A stretch of DNA of 64,000 bases from Heptranchias perlo (Eukaryota). The translations under genes were made by a program, and so were the position numbers. The stretch spans positions 15,190,001 to 15,254,000 of the forward strand of contig NC_090360.1 of the NCBI RefSeq assembly GCF_035084215.1, in the 5' to 3' direction. Shown one piece after another: positions 63,681 to 64,000 of this stretch; within the stretch, counting starts at the first letter, position 1, and each line of letters begins with the position of its first letter. The notes beneath the pieces are model-generated. The model saw nothing but the letters and a program-made list of their open reading frames with translations. It was not told the DNA's origin and ran no database searches.

Positions 63681-64000
63681 TTAATTTTCTTCACACATCA
63701 ACATGCACAGAAAGTGAACAGAATTCTCTGAACCACAGGCAATCTGTTGAACTGTAATGAACGGCAATGGCAGTTTCCCCATTCTCCTGTGATGGAAACA
63801 CTTAACTGCTGTACAATGCTCCACCTAGTGAATGAGCTGAGAACTGACAAAAAAAACATACCCAACTCAGGCAGGTGGATTCTATGGAAAGGAAACGGCA
63901 GACCTTAAGCCTCGACTCTGAGTCGAAGACAAGGGCTCTTTCATTTAAAGTATCATTATTGCTAAATGGTACCAAATTGAACATTTTAGCCTTCAATAAG

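Overview
Eukaryotic genomic DNA from a vertebrate, most likely a cartilaginous fish (shark): CR1/L2 LINE fragments, Deu-domain (SacSINE1-like) and AmnSINE2-like SINEs, Penelope-like fragments. The minus strand carries the last 11 coding exons of a BEACH-WD40 gene best matching WDFY4 (59323 down to the stop at 22281). All introns are GT-AG with consistent phases, giving 1551 nt (516 aa + stop) and no FYVE domain. Most ORFs in the supplied track are transposon remnants or repeat artefacts. Most notable is a young Penelope-derived mini-element family carrying minimal hammerhead ribozyme motifs, including an intronic copy that is a perfect 92-bp-arm palindrome with a TSD. Also seen: a decayed histone H2A fragment, a candidate small single-pass membrane-protein gene convergent with WDFY4, a possible FYVE relic past the WDFY4 stop, and PIF/Harbinger-type MITEs. 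Family names and orthology come from recalled sequences, not database searches; repeat boundaries are approximate unless a TSD is given.
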